Shown here in pieces: positions 19,501 to 29,219 of a DNA stretch of 64,000 bases. Every line of letters begins with the position of its first letter. The first letter of the stretch is position 1. This DNA is from Chloroflexota bacterium (GTDB lineage Bacteria; Chloroflexota; UBA11872; VXOZ01): NCBI GenBank assembly GCA_965221905.1, contig OZ244922.1, forward strand, positions 1,824,001 through 1,888,000, read 5' to 3'. The position numbers were made by a program, and so were the translations under genes. The notes beneath the pieces are model-generated. The model did not search any database, was not told the origin of the DNA, and saw only the letters and a program-made list of their open reading frames with translations.

Positions 19501-19938
19501 TTAGATTCCGAGATCGGCAAGCTGTTCTGCAAGGCTGCCGCCTGCGGCTTCCGTAGTTGCCTTGACGGCGTTCCATTCCTCAAGACCCCAAACTTCTATG
19601 CGCTGATAGAGTCCAATAACCGCCACGTTGGCCGCGATGCCGGCATATGTGCGTAGATATTGTGGGAGGATCGTTCGTCCTTGGCCGTCGAGGGAAAGGT
19701 CTACGGCGCCTGAGAAGAGCAGACGGCTGAGCGTGCGCACGTTTGGTTGCGTCTGTGGCAATCGGCTCACTCTCTCTGCAAGCGACGCCCATTCACTGCC
19801 GGGATAGATCACGAGGCACTTATCGAGCCCGCGTGTAACCACGGCGCCGTCCGCTAGTTCCTCGCGAAACTTGGCTGGAATAGCGAGGCGGCCCTTTTGA
19901 TCCACTGTGTGCTGGTATTCGCCAAGAAACACCGTCAA
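19501..19938 (-). CDS. mraZ: Transcriptional repressor MraZ
   Basis: FLGEY.H.VDQKGRL.IP..FR and second DxxGR motif (LDGQGR). Confidence 0.95.
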   Translation of the reverse strand: MTVFLGEYQHTVDQKGRLAIPAKFREELADGAVVTRGLDKCLVIYPGSEWASLAERVSRLPQTQPNVRTLSRLLFSGAVDLSLDGQGRTILPQYLRTYAGIAANVAVIGLYQRIEVWGLEEWNAVKATTEAAGGSLAEQLADLGI

Positions 19939-19958
19939 TCACCCACCTCGTGGAAGTT

Positions 19959-19997
19959 CTCCACATTTACCCCCACTTCTCCCCACTCTTATCCACA
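19959..19997 (-). promoter_or_regulatory. MraZ-binding GTGG direct repeats; the outermost coincides with a perfect DnaA box
   Basis: CCAC (GTGG on minus) at 19961, 19973, 19983 and 19993 (10-bp period for the last three); TTATCCACA at 19989-19997. Confidence 0.75.
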
Positions 19998-20003
19998 AGC
20001 GCA

Positions 20004-20033
20004 ATTATAGCGGCAGGGAGTTTCCGAGGTCAA
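20004..20033 (-). promoter_or_regulatory. Sigma70 promoter of the dcw cluster
   Basis: Minus strand TTGACC-N18-TATAAT immediately upstream of the GTGG repeats. Confidence 0.7.
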
Positions 20034-20438
20034 GACTAATTGACGGGTTTTTCAAGGAAGATTTCCGTGGATTCGCGGCGAGAATTTGGGCTTGCAAGCA
20101 AAGTCGTTGCTTTTGGATAAACTGACAATTGCTCAGGTTAGTTCCAACGGTTTCTTGGGCCACAATCTGAACGATTGAACGTTCATGTAGAATTGGCGCC
20201 GGGCAAGATGGCGGTCGCGCATTTATCGTTCTCCGTGGGGAGAGGGAGTGGGCGGCCCACTTCAAGATACGCGCAAGCGGGCTCCCAATCGGATGTGTGT
20301 GCTGAAAGTTGAGGAAGTGCTATAGAGATTAGCAAGAGCCACACAGTTTTCTGCGCTACACTAAGAGCAGGCGCCGAGAGAATCGCCTACCCACGCAGTC
20401 GAACGGCGGCAAATGAGATTGAATTACCGGCTTAGCCC

Positions 20439-21662
20439 ATGACGATTACACAAGAGGTACTCAGCTTTGCACAGGAGCTCGGCTTCCGGCCGGTGGGCAT
20501 CGCGCCGGCGCACTCCTTCACGGAGACCCGCGCGGCTGCGCGTGCTCGGCTGAAGGCCGGCCACCTCGACGGCATGGACTGGTATACGTCGGCGCGCGTC
20601 GAGCGCGGCACCAGGCCGGATTGGCTTCTTTCGGAGGCGCGATCCATAGTTTCCCTCGCCTTGCCCTACTACGTCGGCGACTTTCCTACGGATGGCTCGC
20701 TCCCGCGCGAACCTCGCGGCATCGTGTCACGGTACGCGTGGGGGAGGGATTACCACAATGTGTTGAGGAAGAAACTGAAGAAGCTGGTGGCGTTTCTCGA
20801 GGGCAAGCATGCCGCGGCCCGCTTCTTTGCAGACACAGGTCCCATTCTCGACCGCGCGGCAGCTTTTCGCGCCGGTGTGGGCTGGTACGGCAAGAGTACG
20901 ATGATTCTGACAGAGGATCAGGGCACGTGGGTATTCCTCGCCGAAGTGATTACCGACTTGAGGTTGGAATACACCAAGCCGCTGAAGAAGAATTGCGGAA
21001 GCTGCACCCGGTGCATTGACGCATGTCCCACCGGCGCGATCGTTGCGCCGTACCAGGTCGACGCCCGCCGTTGCATCGCCTACCTCACGATTGAAAACCG
21101 GGGCGGCATACCACGCGAACTTCGCTCGCAGATTGGTACGCGTGTCTTTGGCTGTGACATTTGCCAAGACGTTTGCCCGGTCAATCGTTACGTAACCGCC
21201 GACGCCGACGAGGATTTTCTGCCACGACCCGGCGTTGGACCCACAATTCCGCTCCTCCCCTTGCTGGAGATCACCGAAGAGGAATTTAGGAACCGGTTTG
21301 AGGGTACGCCGCTCATGCGCGCAAAGCGTCAGGGACTGAGGCGCAACGCAATCGTCGCGCTGGGCAACGCCGGCGATCCGAAGGCAATTTCCGCGTTGCG
21401 CCGCATACTGCTGGACGATGAAGAGACTCCCATGCTGCGCGGGCACGCGGCATGGGCGCTCGGGCGCTTTAGAGACTCGACTGCGAAGGATGCTTTGCAA
21501 CATGCTCTTGAGCAGTCGCTTCCTTGTGAAGTACTCGCAGAGGTAGAGGTAGCGCTAGGCGAGCTTGTAGATCAAGGCACCCGTGATGGCCATGCACCTG
21601 TTATAAAGAAGGCGACTTCACCTTCTGAGGGGACGTCTTCCCCGTCTGAGGCACCCGTGTAG
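20439..21662 (+). CDS. queG: tRNA epoxyqueuosine(34) reductase
   Basis: SRYAWGRDYH, DTGP, CGSCTRCIDACPTG, CIAYLT, FGCDICQDVCP, C-terminal HEAT repeats. Confidence 0.95.
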   Translation: MTITQEVLSFAQELGFRPVGIAPAHSFTETRAAARARLKAGHLDGMDWYTSARVERGTRPDWLLSEARSIVSLALPYYVGDFPTDGSLPREPRGIVSRYAWGRDYHNVLRKKLKKLVAFLEGKHAAARFFADTGPILDRAAAFRAGVGWYGKSTMILTEDQGTWVFLAEVITDLRLEYTKPLKKNCGSCTRCIDACPTGAIVAPYQVDARRCIAYLTIENRGGIPRELRSQIGTRVFGCDICQDVCPVNRYVTADADEDFLPRPGVGPTIPLLPLLEITEEEFRNRFEGTPLMRAKRQGLRRNAIVALGNAGDPKAISALRRILLDDEETPMLRGHAAWALGRFRDSTAKDALQHALEQSLPCEVLAEVEVALGELVDQGTRDGHAPVIKKATSPSEGTSSPSEAPV

Positions 21663-21729
21663 GATTTCCTGTCCGCATCGACTCTCTTTGCCTCTACCGA
21701 TCAATGCAGATCAATGTACCCGGGGACGA

Positions 21730-22170
21730 TTAAGAGTCAATCTCATCGTTCCAGTGAATGGCTCTAAAGGGATCGAATGCGATGTGGTCTACCACCTGTC
21801 CCTTGACCAGGTGTTCGCTCACGATTGTGCGCACGTCCCGTGGCAGGATGTCGCAATAAATGGTGCCTTCAGGGTAAACCTGCACAACCGGTGCGCGAGT
21901 GCATAGACTAAGGCACGTCGCAGGGTAGACCTTCACGGATTTGGCGAGATCGAGTCGCTCAATCTGTTTCTTGACTTCGGTCAAAATGCCCCGGCTCTTC
22001 TGATCGGAACACGAAGGACCGATACACACAAACACGCGACGCGGTCGATTCTCCCCGTCCCAACTGGAGACATCGTCTTCAGCAGGTGTTTCGGGCTTTG
22101 CTTCCGAACTGTTCATGCGACGAGATGATTGGGGCTTTTTCTTCCGTTTGCGATAATCGCTTCTTGCCAT
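21730..22170 (-). CDS. Thioredoxin-like [2Fe-2S] ferredoxin
   Basis: VFVCIGPSC...CLSLC..APVVQVYPEGTIY..IVSEHL.KG. Confidence 0.85.
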   Translation of the reverse strand: MARSDYRKRKKKPQSSRRMNSSEAKPETPAEDDVSSWDGENRPRRVFVCIGPSCSDQKSRGILTEVKKQIERLDLAKSVKVYPATCLSLCTRAPVVQVYPEGTIYCDILPRDVRTIVSEHLVKGQVVDHIAFDPFRAIHWNDEIDS

Positions 22171-22287
22171 GAGCGTCTATCCTTCGGCGCTCGCACAGTC
22201 GTCCGTACGGCAGTAGAATGCCGTCTACGATTCTAGAGCTATGCACCTGTGTCTTACTACATCTGGCGTAATTCAGCGTGCTGCCCG

Positions 22288-22983
22288 CTATTCAACGGGC
22301 TGCACGAAGATCCAATTCGCCGCCTGCAGGCTTATGCTGACGGCCTGATCGCCTACGCGCAATTCGATGGCGCCAGCGGATGGCGCTACGTGCGCTACTG
22401 TAATTCGCGCACCCGGCACGATGCCGTTTCGATGAAAATACTCAAGGAGACGGCTGTCTTGCTCTGCTTGCTCTGTGATACGTTCCACCATTAGCTCGTC
22501 GCCCTCTGCGGCCACGTCAAGATAGAGTCCTGTTTCTAGGTTGGGCGATCCGGAGCCGGGGATTGGATTGCCATGCGGGCACGTGGCGGGTTCTCCCAAG
22601 AGAGCGGCGAGCTTGGCTTCCACGCTAGGTGAAATAGCGTGTTCGAGCCGACTTGCCTCCTCGTGCACGTCGTACCAAGGGACACCGAGTAAGTCTGTGA
22701 GGAGTCGTTCCGAGAGCCGGTGACGACGTACCATTCGCTCCGCAACCTCTTGGCCCTTTGGTGTAAACTCAATCTCTCTGCGCCGGCTCAGGGAAACGTA
22801 TCCTTCCTTCACCAGACGACGAAGCGCTTCGGTTACGGTTGGCGCGGCGACACCCAGATGCTCCGCTAGCCGCGCAGCAATTACCTCACGACCCTCGTCT
22901 CCCAGAGCGTAGATCGCTTCCAAATAACGCTCTATGCCCGCTGTGGTGGGTCGTGTGTTCGATGCGTGTTCTTCATTGCCCAT
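22288..22983 (-). CDS. DtxR/MntR family metal-dependent regulator with FeoA domain
   Basis: YLEAIY, HTH LGVAAPTVTE, RRHRLSE.LL, EASRLEH, CPHGNPIP, C-terminal FeoA-like domain. Confidence 0.9.
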   Translation of the reverse strand: MGNEEHASNTRPTTAGIERYLEAIYALGDEGREVIAARLAEHLGVAAPTVTEALRRLVKEGYVSLSRRREIEFTPKGQEVAERMVRRHRLSERLLTDLLGVPWYDVHEEASRLEHAISPSVEAKLAALLGEPATCPHGNPIPGSGSPNLETGLYLDVAAEGDELMVERITEQAEQDSRLLEYFHRNGIVPGARITVAHVAPSAGAIELRVGDQAVSISLQAANWIFVQPVE

Positions 22984-23430
22984 GGTATTACGGATCCCCG
23001 CAAAACACTAGATTGGCGCATTACCCTAGAGGAATGCTCTCGCTGGCGTTAAGTATACGGTTCGCCAGAGGCCCTGTAAATAGAACCAAAGGGATCGCCC
23101 AGTCGAGTCTTGGCGGCTTCTGAATCGTTTTGGCACTAGAAATCACTGCAACTCTCACCAATGGGACGAGGCGCCTGACCTTCACTTGCTTCTACTCTTG
23201 CATCCCACTCACTCTCATAAACCCACTGATACCTAGGAGTCTTCATTTACTTGACGGCCGGAGGTTTAGACCCTTCTTGGGGCGCGTCTAGATTGCTGCC
23301 GATCCAAAAGCAAAGGAACCGACTTCTACTAATTTGCTGGAGTTCTCATTGAATCTGGAGAATCCCTTAGTTGAGAGCGGTGTCGAGGTCAAGTATGTTA
23401 ACAAGCAGCGTCTACGCGGAGGCGATTCTG

Positions 23431-25023
23431 TTGGGAGGGATAGCAATTACCTACGACTACATAGTCATCGGCAGTGGTATTGCAGGGCTCTACGCCGCGC
23501 ATTATGCGCGTCAATACGGTTCAGTGCTAATTCTGACCAAGGGTAGTCTCTCTCAATCCAATACACGCTATGCGCAAGGTGGAGTAGCGGCTGCGGTGGC
23601 CGCAGACGATAGCCCCGTGCTGCATTGGAAAGATACGATGGTGGCGGGCGCCGGGTTGTGCGACCCGCGCGCCGTGATGGTAATGGTCTCCGAAGGTCCT
23701 GCTTGCGTACGCGAATTGATGACGCTTGGAGTCAGTTTTGACACGCTGCACGGTGAGATCACGTTGGCGAAGGAGGGGGCGCATACAGTGCCCCGCGTAC
23801 TTCACGCGCGAGGAGACGCTACCGGTGCGGAAATCGAGGGTGCGCTTACGCGATATACTCGCCGCAATGCCGTGACAATTCGCGAGCATTATCTCGCCAC
23901 AAGGCTGCTCATACAGGGTGATCGCTGCGTCGGAGTTGAAGCACTCAACGAACGGGAAGGGACGTTTCATACATTTGGCTCTCGCAATGTCATCCTATGC
24001 GCCGGAGGGGCGGGTCAGGTCTTTGCCTACACGACAAATCCAAGAATTGCTACAGGCGATGGCGTGGCGCTAGCATTCGCGGCGGGTGCGGGTATCGCGG
24101 ACATGGAGTTCTTTCAGTTCCATCCAACCGCGCTTCGCACAGCCGGCGCACCTTCATTCCTGATTTCTGAAGCGGTGCGCGGCGCGGGCGCTTACTTGCG
24201 TAATAGCAACGATGAGCGGTACATGCTTCGCTATCACGAGCTTGCAGAGTTGGCTCCGCGCGACGTGGTTGCACGAGCTGCTGTGCAGGAGATGGCCCAT
24301 ACGGATAGCGACTGCGTTTACTTGGATTTGCGTCATTTGGACGCGGCGGAGACACGCACTCACTTTCCAACGATCTTTGCCCGCTGTCAGCAATATGGTA
24401 TTGACATAACAAGAGAACCCATACCCGTTGCTCCGGCCGCCCACTATATGACGGGAGGTGCGCTCACAGACCTCAGAGGGCGATCCTCGGTACCGGGCCT
24501 CTACGCGTGCGGTGAAGTGGCGTGTACCGGCGTTCATGGTGCTAACCGGCTGGCAAGCAACTCGTTGCTCGAGGCGTTGGTCTTCGCAAGGCGGATCGTA
24601 CTGGATTCGCAGGGGATGACTATGCCGGACTACGCATTGCCGGAGGAGAGCGAGGCTGCGCTTGCCCCGAACCAGCACGTACGCATCTCAGTGCCGCCCG
24701 CGGACACGAGCCGCAAGCGCGCTGGCGGGGCGCTGCCTGCGCTGCAGCGGCTGATGTGGCAAAATACGGGCATTGTGCGTGAAGAACGGTGCCTAGCGGA
24801 AGCGGATGGAAAAATACGGGACTGGCTGGCGCGCACGCCGGTTGCGTCCACGCGGCGCCAGCACGAATATCGTTCGTCGCTGTTATTGGGGTTGCTGCTC
24901 ACGAACGCCGCTCGTTTGCGCAGAGAGAGCCGTGGCGCACACTATCGTCAAGACTTCCCCGACCCCAATGATGAGTGGCGTCGCCGCATCGTTATCTATC
25001 CGGAAGTGCGCGGCAGCGGCTAG
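23431..25023 (+). CDS. nadB: L-aspartate oxidase
   Basis: GSGIAGL, AQGG, EGAH, QFHPT, LISEAVRG, ELAPRDVV, AHYM.GG, HGANRLASNSL, ESRGAH; TTG 23431 follows GGAGG. Confidence 0.94.
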   Translation: MGGIAITYDYIVIGSGIAGLYAAHYARQYGSVLILTKGSLSQSNTRYAQGGVAAAVAADDSPVLHWKDTMVAGAGLCDPRAVMVMVSEGPACVRELMTLGVSFDTLHGEITLAKEGAHTVPRVLHARGDATGAEIEGALTRYTRRNAVTIREHYLATRLLIQGDRCVGVEALNEREGTFHTFGSRNVILCAGGAGQVFAYTTNPRIATGDGVALAFAAGAGIADMEFFQFHPTALRTAGAPSFLISEAVRGAGAYLRNSNDERYMLRYHELAELAPRDVVARAAVQEMAHTDSDCVYLDLRHLDAAETRTHFPTIFARCQQYGIDITREPIPVAPAAHYMTGGALTDLRGRSSVPGLYACGEVACTGVHGANRLASNSLLEALVFARRIVLDSQGMTMPDYALPEESEAALAPNQHVRISVPPADTSRKRAGGALPALQRLMWQNTGIVREERCLAEADGKIRDWLARTPVASTRRQHEYRSSLLLGLLLTNAARLRRESRGAHYRQDFPDPNDEWRRRIVIYPEVRGSG

Positions 25024-25068
25024 AGCTATATGCGTGTGAATCGTAGCGGCGAATAGGGAGACTATCGC

Positions 25069-25923
25069 TTGAATACAGTTCCATTGCGCCTGACACATGA
25101 TCACATCGATGAGCTTTTGCACCGAGCCTTGGCGGAGGACATTGGCGCGGGCGACGTTACAACGCAGGCCCTTGTTCCGGCCCACCAATCAGGTGTGGCG
25201 GTGGCTTTTGCCAAACAAGACGGCGTGCTGGCCGGAAACGCCATTGCAGCAAGAGTATTTTCACTTCTGGACGGTGCCGTTGATGCGGCCCTGCTGCTCG
25301 CTGATGGGGAGCTTCTCACACCCGGCACTACGTTCTTGCACGTCGAGGGATCGTTGCAGGCAATTCTTACCGGGGAGCGTGTGGCACTCAACATCTTGAG
25401 GCACCTCTCTGGTATCGCCACGCTCACGCGTGCCTTTGTCCAGGCTGTGGAAGGCACGAATGCCAGAATAATCGATACCCGCAAGACGACGCCCGGCTTG
25501 CGGCTCTTCGAGAAATATGCTGTTCGCGTCGGTGGCGGCCACAATCACCGCATGGGCCTCTTTGACGGGGTGCTCATCAAGGACAACCACATCGCCGCGT
25601 GCGGTTCCGTGACTGCGGCAGTGGAGCGAGCAAGGTCTTCAGTGCATCATCTGCTAAAGATTCAGATTGAGGCGAAGACCTTGGAGCAGGTAGCCGAGGC
25701 ACTTGAGGCAGGTGCAGATGGTATCCTGCTTGACAATATGTCACCAGAAACTATGTCACAGGCGGTAGCAATGGTGCGAGGCAGAGCGTTCACGGAGGCT
25801 TCGGGGGGCATTACACTCGACTCGGTTAGAGATGCTGCGCGCACTGGTGTAGACTTAATCTCGGTGGGCATGCTAACGCACTCAGCAGCGGCATTAGATA
25901 TTAGTCTTGATATTGAAGGATAA
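25069..25923 (+). CDS. nadC: Nicotinate-nucleotide diphosphorylase (carboxylating)
   Basis: ED..GD.TT, ER..LN, DTRKTTPG.R, HRMGL, LIKDNH, LLDNM, EASGG, D.SL. Confidence 0.95.
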   Translation: MNTVPLRLTHDHIDELLHRALAEDIGAGDVTTQALVPAHQSGVAVAFAKQDGVLAGNAIAARVFSLLDGAVDAALLLADGELLTPGTTFLHVEGSLQAILTGERVALNILRHLSGIATLTRAFVQAVEGTNARIIDTRKTTPGLRLFEKYAVRVGGGHNHRMGLFDGVLIKDNHIAACGSVTAAVERARSSVHHLLKIQIEAKTLEQVAEALEAGADGILLDNMSPETMSQAVAMVRGRAFTEASGGITLDSVRDAARTGVDLISVGMLTHSAAALDISLDIEG

Positions 25924-25929
25924 AATAGG

Positions 25930-26289
25930 ATGACCTCCGAGTTGGTTTTCGAGCGGCAGTACCGTACCCCAACGTCAGAGGGCTATCGAGTGCTCAGGCT
26001 AGGCGCTCCGCTTGGTCAAGTCGAATTGCATTATGCCCACACGGTCGTCTACTGTACGCTGGTGCTCTTTCAGGATCTGACCGAGCACGAACAGTTCTCC
26101 GTAATTGAGGGAATTGACGATCATCTTGTGCTTTCAGCCGAGATGCCCCGTGAAGACCTCATGGTGACCGTCTACCGCGGCCAAGAGATTGGGTTCTATA
26201 ACGACGATATGTTTAGTCATGTGCGGGCCGAAGAAGAGAGTCAGGATGTTTCGTCCAACGGGGATGATGCTGAGTTTCTTACAAACTAA
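25930..26289 (+). CDS. Hypothetical acidic protein, probably co-transcribed with nadBC
   Basis: 119-aa ORF starting 6 nt after the nadC stop; globular-looking sequence with no recognised motif. Confidence 0.65.
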   Translation: MTSELVFERQYRTPTSEGYRVLRLGAPLGQVELHYAHTVVYCTLVLFQDLTEHEQFSVIEGIDDHLVLSAEMPREDLMVTVYRGQEIGFYNDDMFSHVRAEEESQDVSSNGDDAEFLTN

Positions 26290-26320
26290 GCGGAACACCT
26301 GTGCACGATTTAGGCACCGA

Positions 26321-26902
26321 TCAAAGCGGCAACTTGAGATGCGCAGAATTGAGCGAACCCTCAAGCGCAAGTAACCGTTCCTTCCAAGGAAGCCCGCGCG
26401 TATAGCCCCCAAAGCTGCCGTCACTCGCAATCACACGATGACAAGGCACGATGATCGGCAGCGCGTTCTTCCCCAATGCATTACCAACAGCCCGGTAGGC
26501 TTGCGGCTTGCCAATGCGTTTGGCGATGTCCTGATACGATGTGAGCGACCCGTATTCGATAGCGTTCGTCTCTTCCCACACCGCTCGTTGGAAGTCGGTC
26601 CCGTTCAAAGCAATGGGAATACTAAATGCGACCCCATTGCCTGCGAAGAACGCGAGCAGCTCGTCTGCGGCCCTAGCCGCAATCTGCTCCCCGCCAGCAC
26701 CGTCTCCGACAATTGTTTCTGCCAGCTTTTCTTCCAGTTCTTTGCCGGCTTCCAGAGCGTTAGCATGCCCAAAGGTTGCTCCACAGACGCCTTGAGATGT
26801 CGCGGCGACGGCAAACCACCCCCACTGCTGCCCGGCATCTGCAATGCGTATCGTGCACACGCGGCTCTGCGACCCATGTGAGTTTAATTCACTAGCCATC
26901 AA
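26321..26902 (-). CDS. ogt: Methylated-DNA--protein-cysteine S-methyltransferase
   Basis: GTDFQRAVW, YG...SY, RAVGNA, active site PCHRV. Confidence 0.93.
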   Translation of the reverse strand: MMASELNSHGSQSRVCTIRIADAGQQWGWFAVAATSQGVCGATFGHANALEAGKELEEKLAETIVGDGAGGEQIAARAADELLAFFAGNGVAFSIPIALNGTDFQRAVWEETNAIEYGSLTSYQDIAKRIGKPQAYRAVGNALGKNALPIIVPCHRVIASDGSFGGYTRGLPWKERLLALEGSLNSAHLKLPL

Positions 26903-26976
26903 CTCAACTGTACTTTCTATTGAGACACCGTTTCATGACGCACATTCCAATGCGCTCTGCTAGCGCAGCCTTTGCG

Positions 26977-27921
26977 CTACACCCTGGCTCCAGGCACTGG
27001 AACGGACTCTAGCAGTTCCAAAACGACTTCGTTGGTGCTGGTATTCCGTACCCCGGCTCCCGGACTGACGATTAAGCGGTGCGATAGCGCAGGTACGGCC
27101 ATATACTTCACGTCGTCCGGCGTGGCGTAATCGCGTCCCATGAGGATTGCGCGGGCTTGGGCGGTATGGTCGAGCGCCAGGCTACCCCGCGGACTTGCGC
27201 CCAAGTAAACGTCCGGATGCTGGCGAGTCGCGTTCACGAGTTCCACAATGTATTCACGCACCAAGCGGTCGACATAGACTTCCCTGGTACGCTGTTGCAT
27301 TTCAACCAACTCGCCCACTTCCACTACTTGGCTGATTTCATCAAGTGGCTGCGACCGCTGTTGCGTTTCGAGGACGGCCATCTCGTCGGCCCGACGGGGG
27401 TACCCAAGCTCGATGCGAATGAGAAAGCGATCGAGTTGGGCCTCGGGCAATGGGAACGTACCCTCGTATTCAATAGGGTTTTGCGTAGCAAGCACGAGAA
27501 ATGGACTTGGGAGAGGGAATGTTTGCCCATCCACCGTGACGTTTCGTTCCTCCATGGCCTCGAGCAGCGCCGACTGCGTCTTTGGGGTGGCGCGATTGAT
27601 CTCATCCGCAAGAACAATCTGAGCCATAATCGGGCCCGGTCGAAATTCAAATTCGTTGGTCTTTTGGTTAAAGATGAAGACACCGGTAATGTCGCTGGGC
27701 AACATGTCCGGCGTAAACTGAAGTCTCTTGAAGCTGCACCCAATCGAGCGCGCTACCGCTTTGGCGAGCGAGGTCTTGCCCACGCCGGGGACGTCCTCAA
27801 CCAAGACGTGCCCGCCGCAAAGCAATGCAATTAGCGCTAGCTCTACTTCCGCATGCTTGCCTATGATGACTCGCTCGACATTCTCGATCACGCGCTCCGC
27901 AAATTCTTGAATGCCTTCCAT
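26977..27921 (-). CDS. moxR: MoxR family AAA+ ATPase
   Basis: [46 protein letters not shown]. Confidence 0.93.
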   Translation of the reverse strand: MEGIQEFAERVIENVERVIIGKHAEVELALIALLCGGHVLVEDVPGVGKTSLAKAVARSIGCSFKRLQFTPDMLPSDITGVFIFNQKTNEFEFRPGPIMAQIVLADEINRATPKTQSALLEAMEERNVTVDGQTFPLPSPFLVLATQNPIEYEGTFPLPEAQLDRFLIRIELGYPRRADEMAVLETQQRSQPLDEISQVVEVGELVEMQQRTREVYVDRLVREYIVELVNATRQHPDVYLGASPRGSLALDHTAQARAILMGRDYATPDDVKYMAVPALSHRLIVSPGAGVRNTSTNEVVLELLESVPVPGARV

Positions 27922-28139
27922 GTTGGTGTCCTCACACTTCTCGAACCGCTACAAGAGACTTCAACTTAGAGTATACACGCTGTTCCGGCCGCGCTTGGAA
28001 CACAAGCAGCGGGATAGAGCTGTTCTCGCCGTTGCGCGGGAGGTAGGTCCTAGACCAATGCGTGGCAAGTGCGGGTTGCCTAGCTCTATTCTAACCACTA
28101 TGCTGAAGAAAACCTGAGATTATCCAAAGGAGCACAGGA

Positions 28140-28922
28140 GTGACCGTTGAGAAGATTGGTTTGCGGCGCAGAATTGCGCGGAATGAGACGTTGTATGGAG
28201 TATTCGTGGATGCGCCCACCATCTCGCACGTGGAGACGCTGGCGATTGCAGGCTTCGACTTTGTCATTCTCGATCAGGAGCATGGGCACATCAACGCCGA
28301 GAGTCTCGTTCATCTCGTGAGCGCCTGCGACCACTTTGGCATTGCGTCCATTGTCCGCATTCCCACGCTTGCATCCTGGCTGATTGGCCCCGCTCTTGAC
28401 TGCGGTTCGTCCGGCGTTCAAGTGCCGTTCGTATCTTCCGCAGCCGAGGCCGAGGCCGCGGTGGCTGCCGCTCGCTTTGCGCCGGATGGTGCGCGCGGGG
28501 TGCACGTATTTCTGCGAGGGGGTCAGTACGGCGCATTGGGCGCTGAGGGCTTTTTCCAGGTTTGCAATGAGAACCAAGCCGTTGTGCTCCAGGTCGAGGG
28601 TACGCGCGGTGTGGAGAATCTGGAGGCGATCGCCGCCGTGCCCGGCTATGACTCAATATTCATTGGACCGTACGATCTCTCCCAATCGCTCGGCGTGGCG
28701 GGCCAAACCGGTCATCCTCGGGTGGTCGAAGTCATCGAGAGGTCAGTGGCGCTCTGCCGGAAGCATGGCAAGGTGGTCGGCACGTTTGTAAACACGCCGG
28801 AGGATGCGGCAAAGTGGGCAAAGCGTGGGGTGCAAATGGTCTCCGTCTCGTGTGACACGAACATTTTCTATCGCGCTTGTACCGAATTGCGCCAGGCAAT
28901 TACCGAAGCTACAGGTACGTAG
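28140..28922 (+). CDS. HpcH/HpaI aldolase family protein
   Basis: DFVILDQEH, VR.P, LD.G..GV..P, P.G.RG, QVE, FIGPYDLS. Confidence 0.88.
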   Translation: MTVEKIGLRRRIARNETLYGVFVDAPTISHVETLAIAGFDFVILDQEHGHINAESLVHLVSACDHFGIASIVRIPTLASWLIGPALDCGSSGVQVPFVSSAAEAEAAVAAARFAPDGARGVHVFLRGGQYGALGAEGFFQVCNENQAVVLQVEGTRGVENLEAIAAVPGYDSIFIGPYDLSQSLGVAGQTGHPRVVEVIERSVALCRKHGKVVGTFVNTPEDAAKWAKRGVQMVSVSCDTNIFYRACTELRQAITEATGT

Positions 28923-28996
28923 GCGGCGGAGCTTAGGGAGTGAGTTGCCAGGGTAAGGACAAACTAAGCAGTGCATTCACCCTGGGTCTCTTGAAT

Positions 28997-29180
28997 TCCG
29001 TTCATGGTTCGACAAGCTCACCACGAACGGGCTTGTGAGTACAGGCGCTCTGGTTGTGATCCGTGTACGACATGTTCACCGCGAGCGGGCTTGTGATGTC
29101 TACGGGCGCTCTGGTCATGATCCGTGTACGACAAGCACACCGCGAGCGGGCTTGTGAACTCTTCAAGTGCTCTGCTTGGT
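28997..29180. repeat. Three degenerate ~61-bp tandem units built on a REP-like palindrome
   Basis: CCGTTCATGGTTCGACAAGCTCACCACGAACGG at 28998-29030; related units start at 29060 and 29121, sharing CGACA...CACC.CGA.CGGGCTTGTGA...GCTCTG. Confidence 0.8.
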
Positions 29181-29219
29181 TCGTACTTGCACTTTCGATA
29201 GCACTACCGCGCAACAAAT

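Noticed and set aside
20727-21503. 258-aa minus-strand ORF
   Set aside because: Antisense to queG with no motifs.
22990-23420. NAD-related riboswitch, nadA remnant or small ORF upstream of nadB
   Set aside because: No recognisable motif; the 36-codon minus-strand ORF lacks an RBS and any similarity I can identify.
23440-23448. Non-canonical ATA/ATT start for nadB
   Set aside because: An in-frame TTG at 23431 with a well-spaced GGAGG explains initiation.
29002-29217. 71-aa ORF ending PVRGELVEP
   Set aside because: Translation of the REP palindrome and tandem units; not a credible protein.
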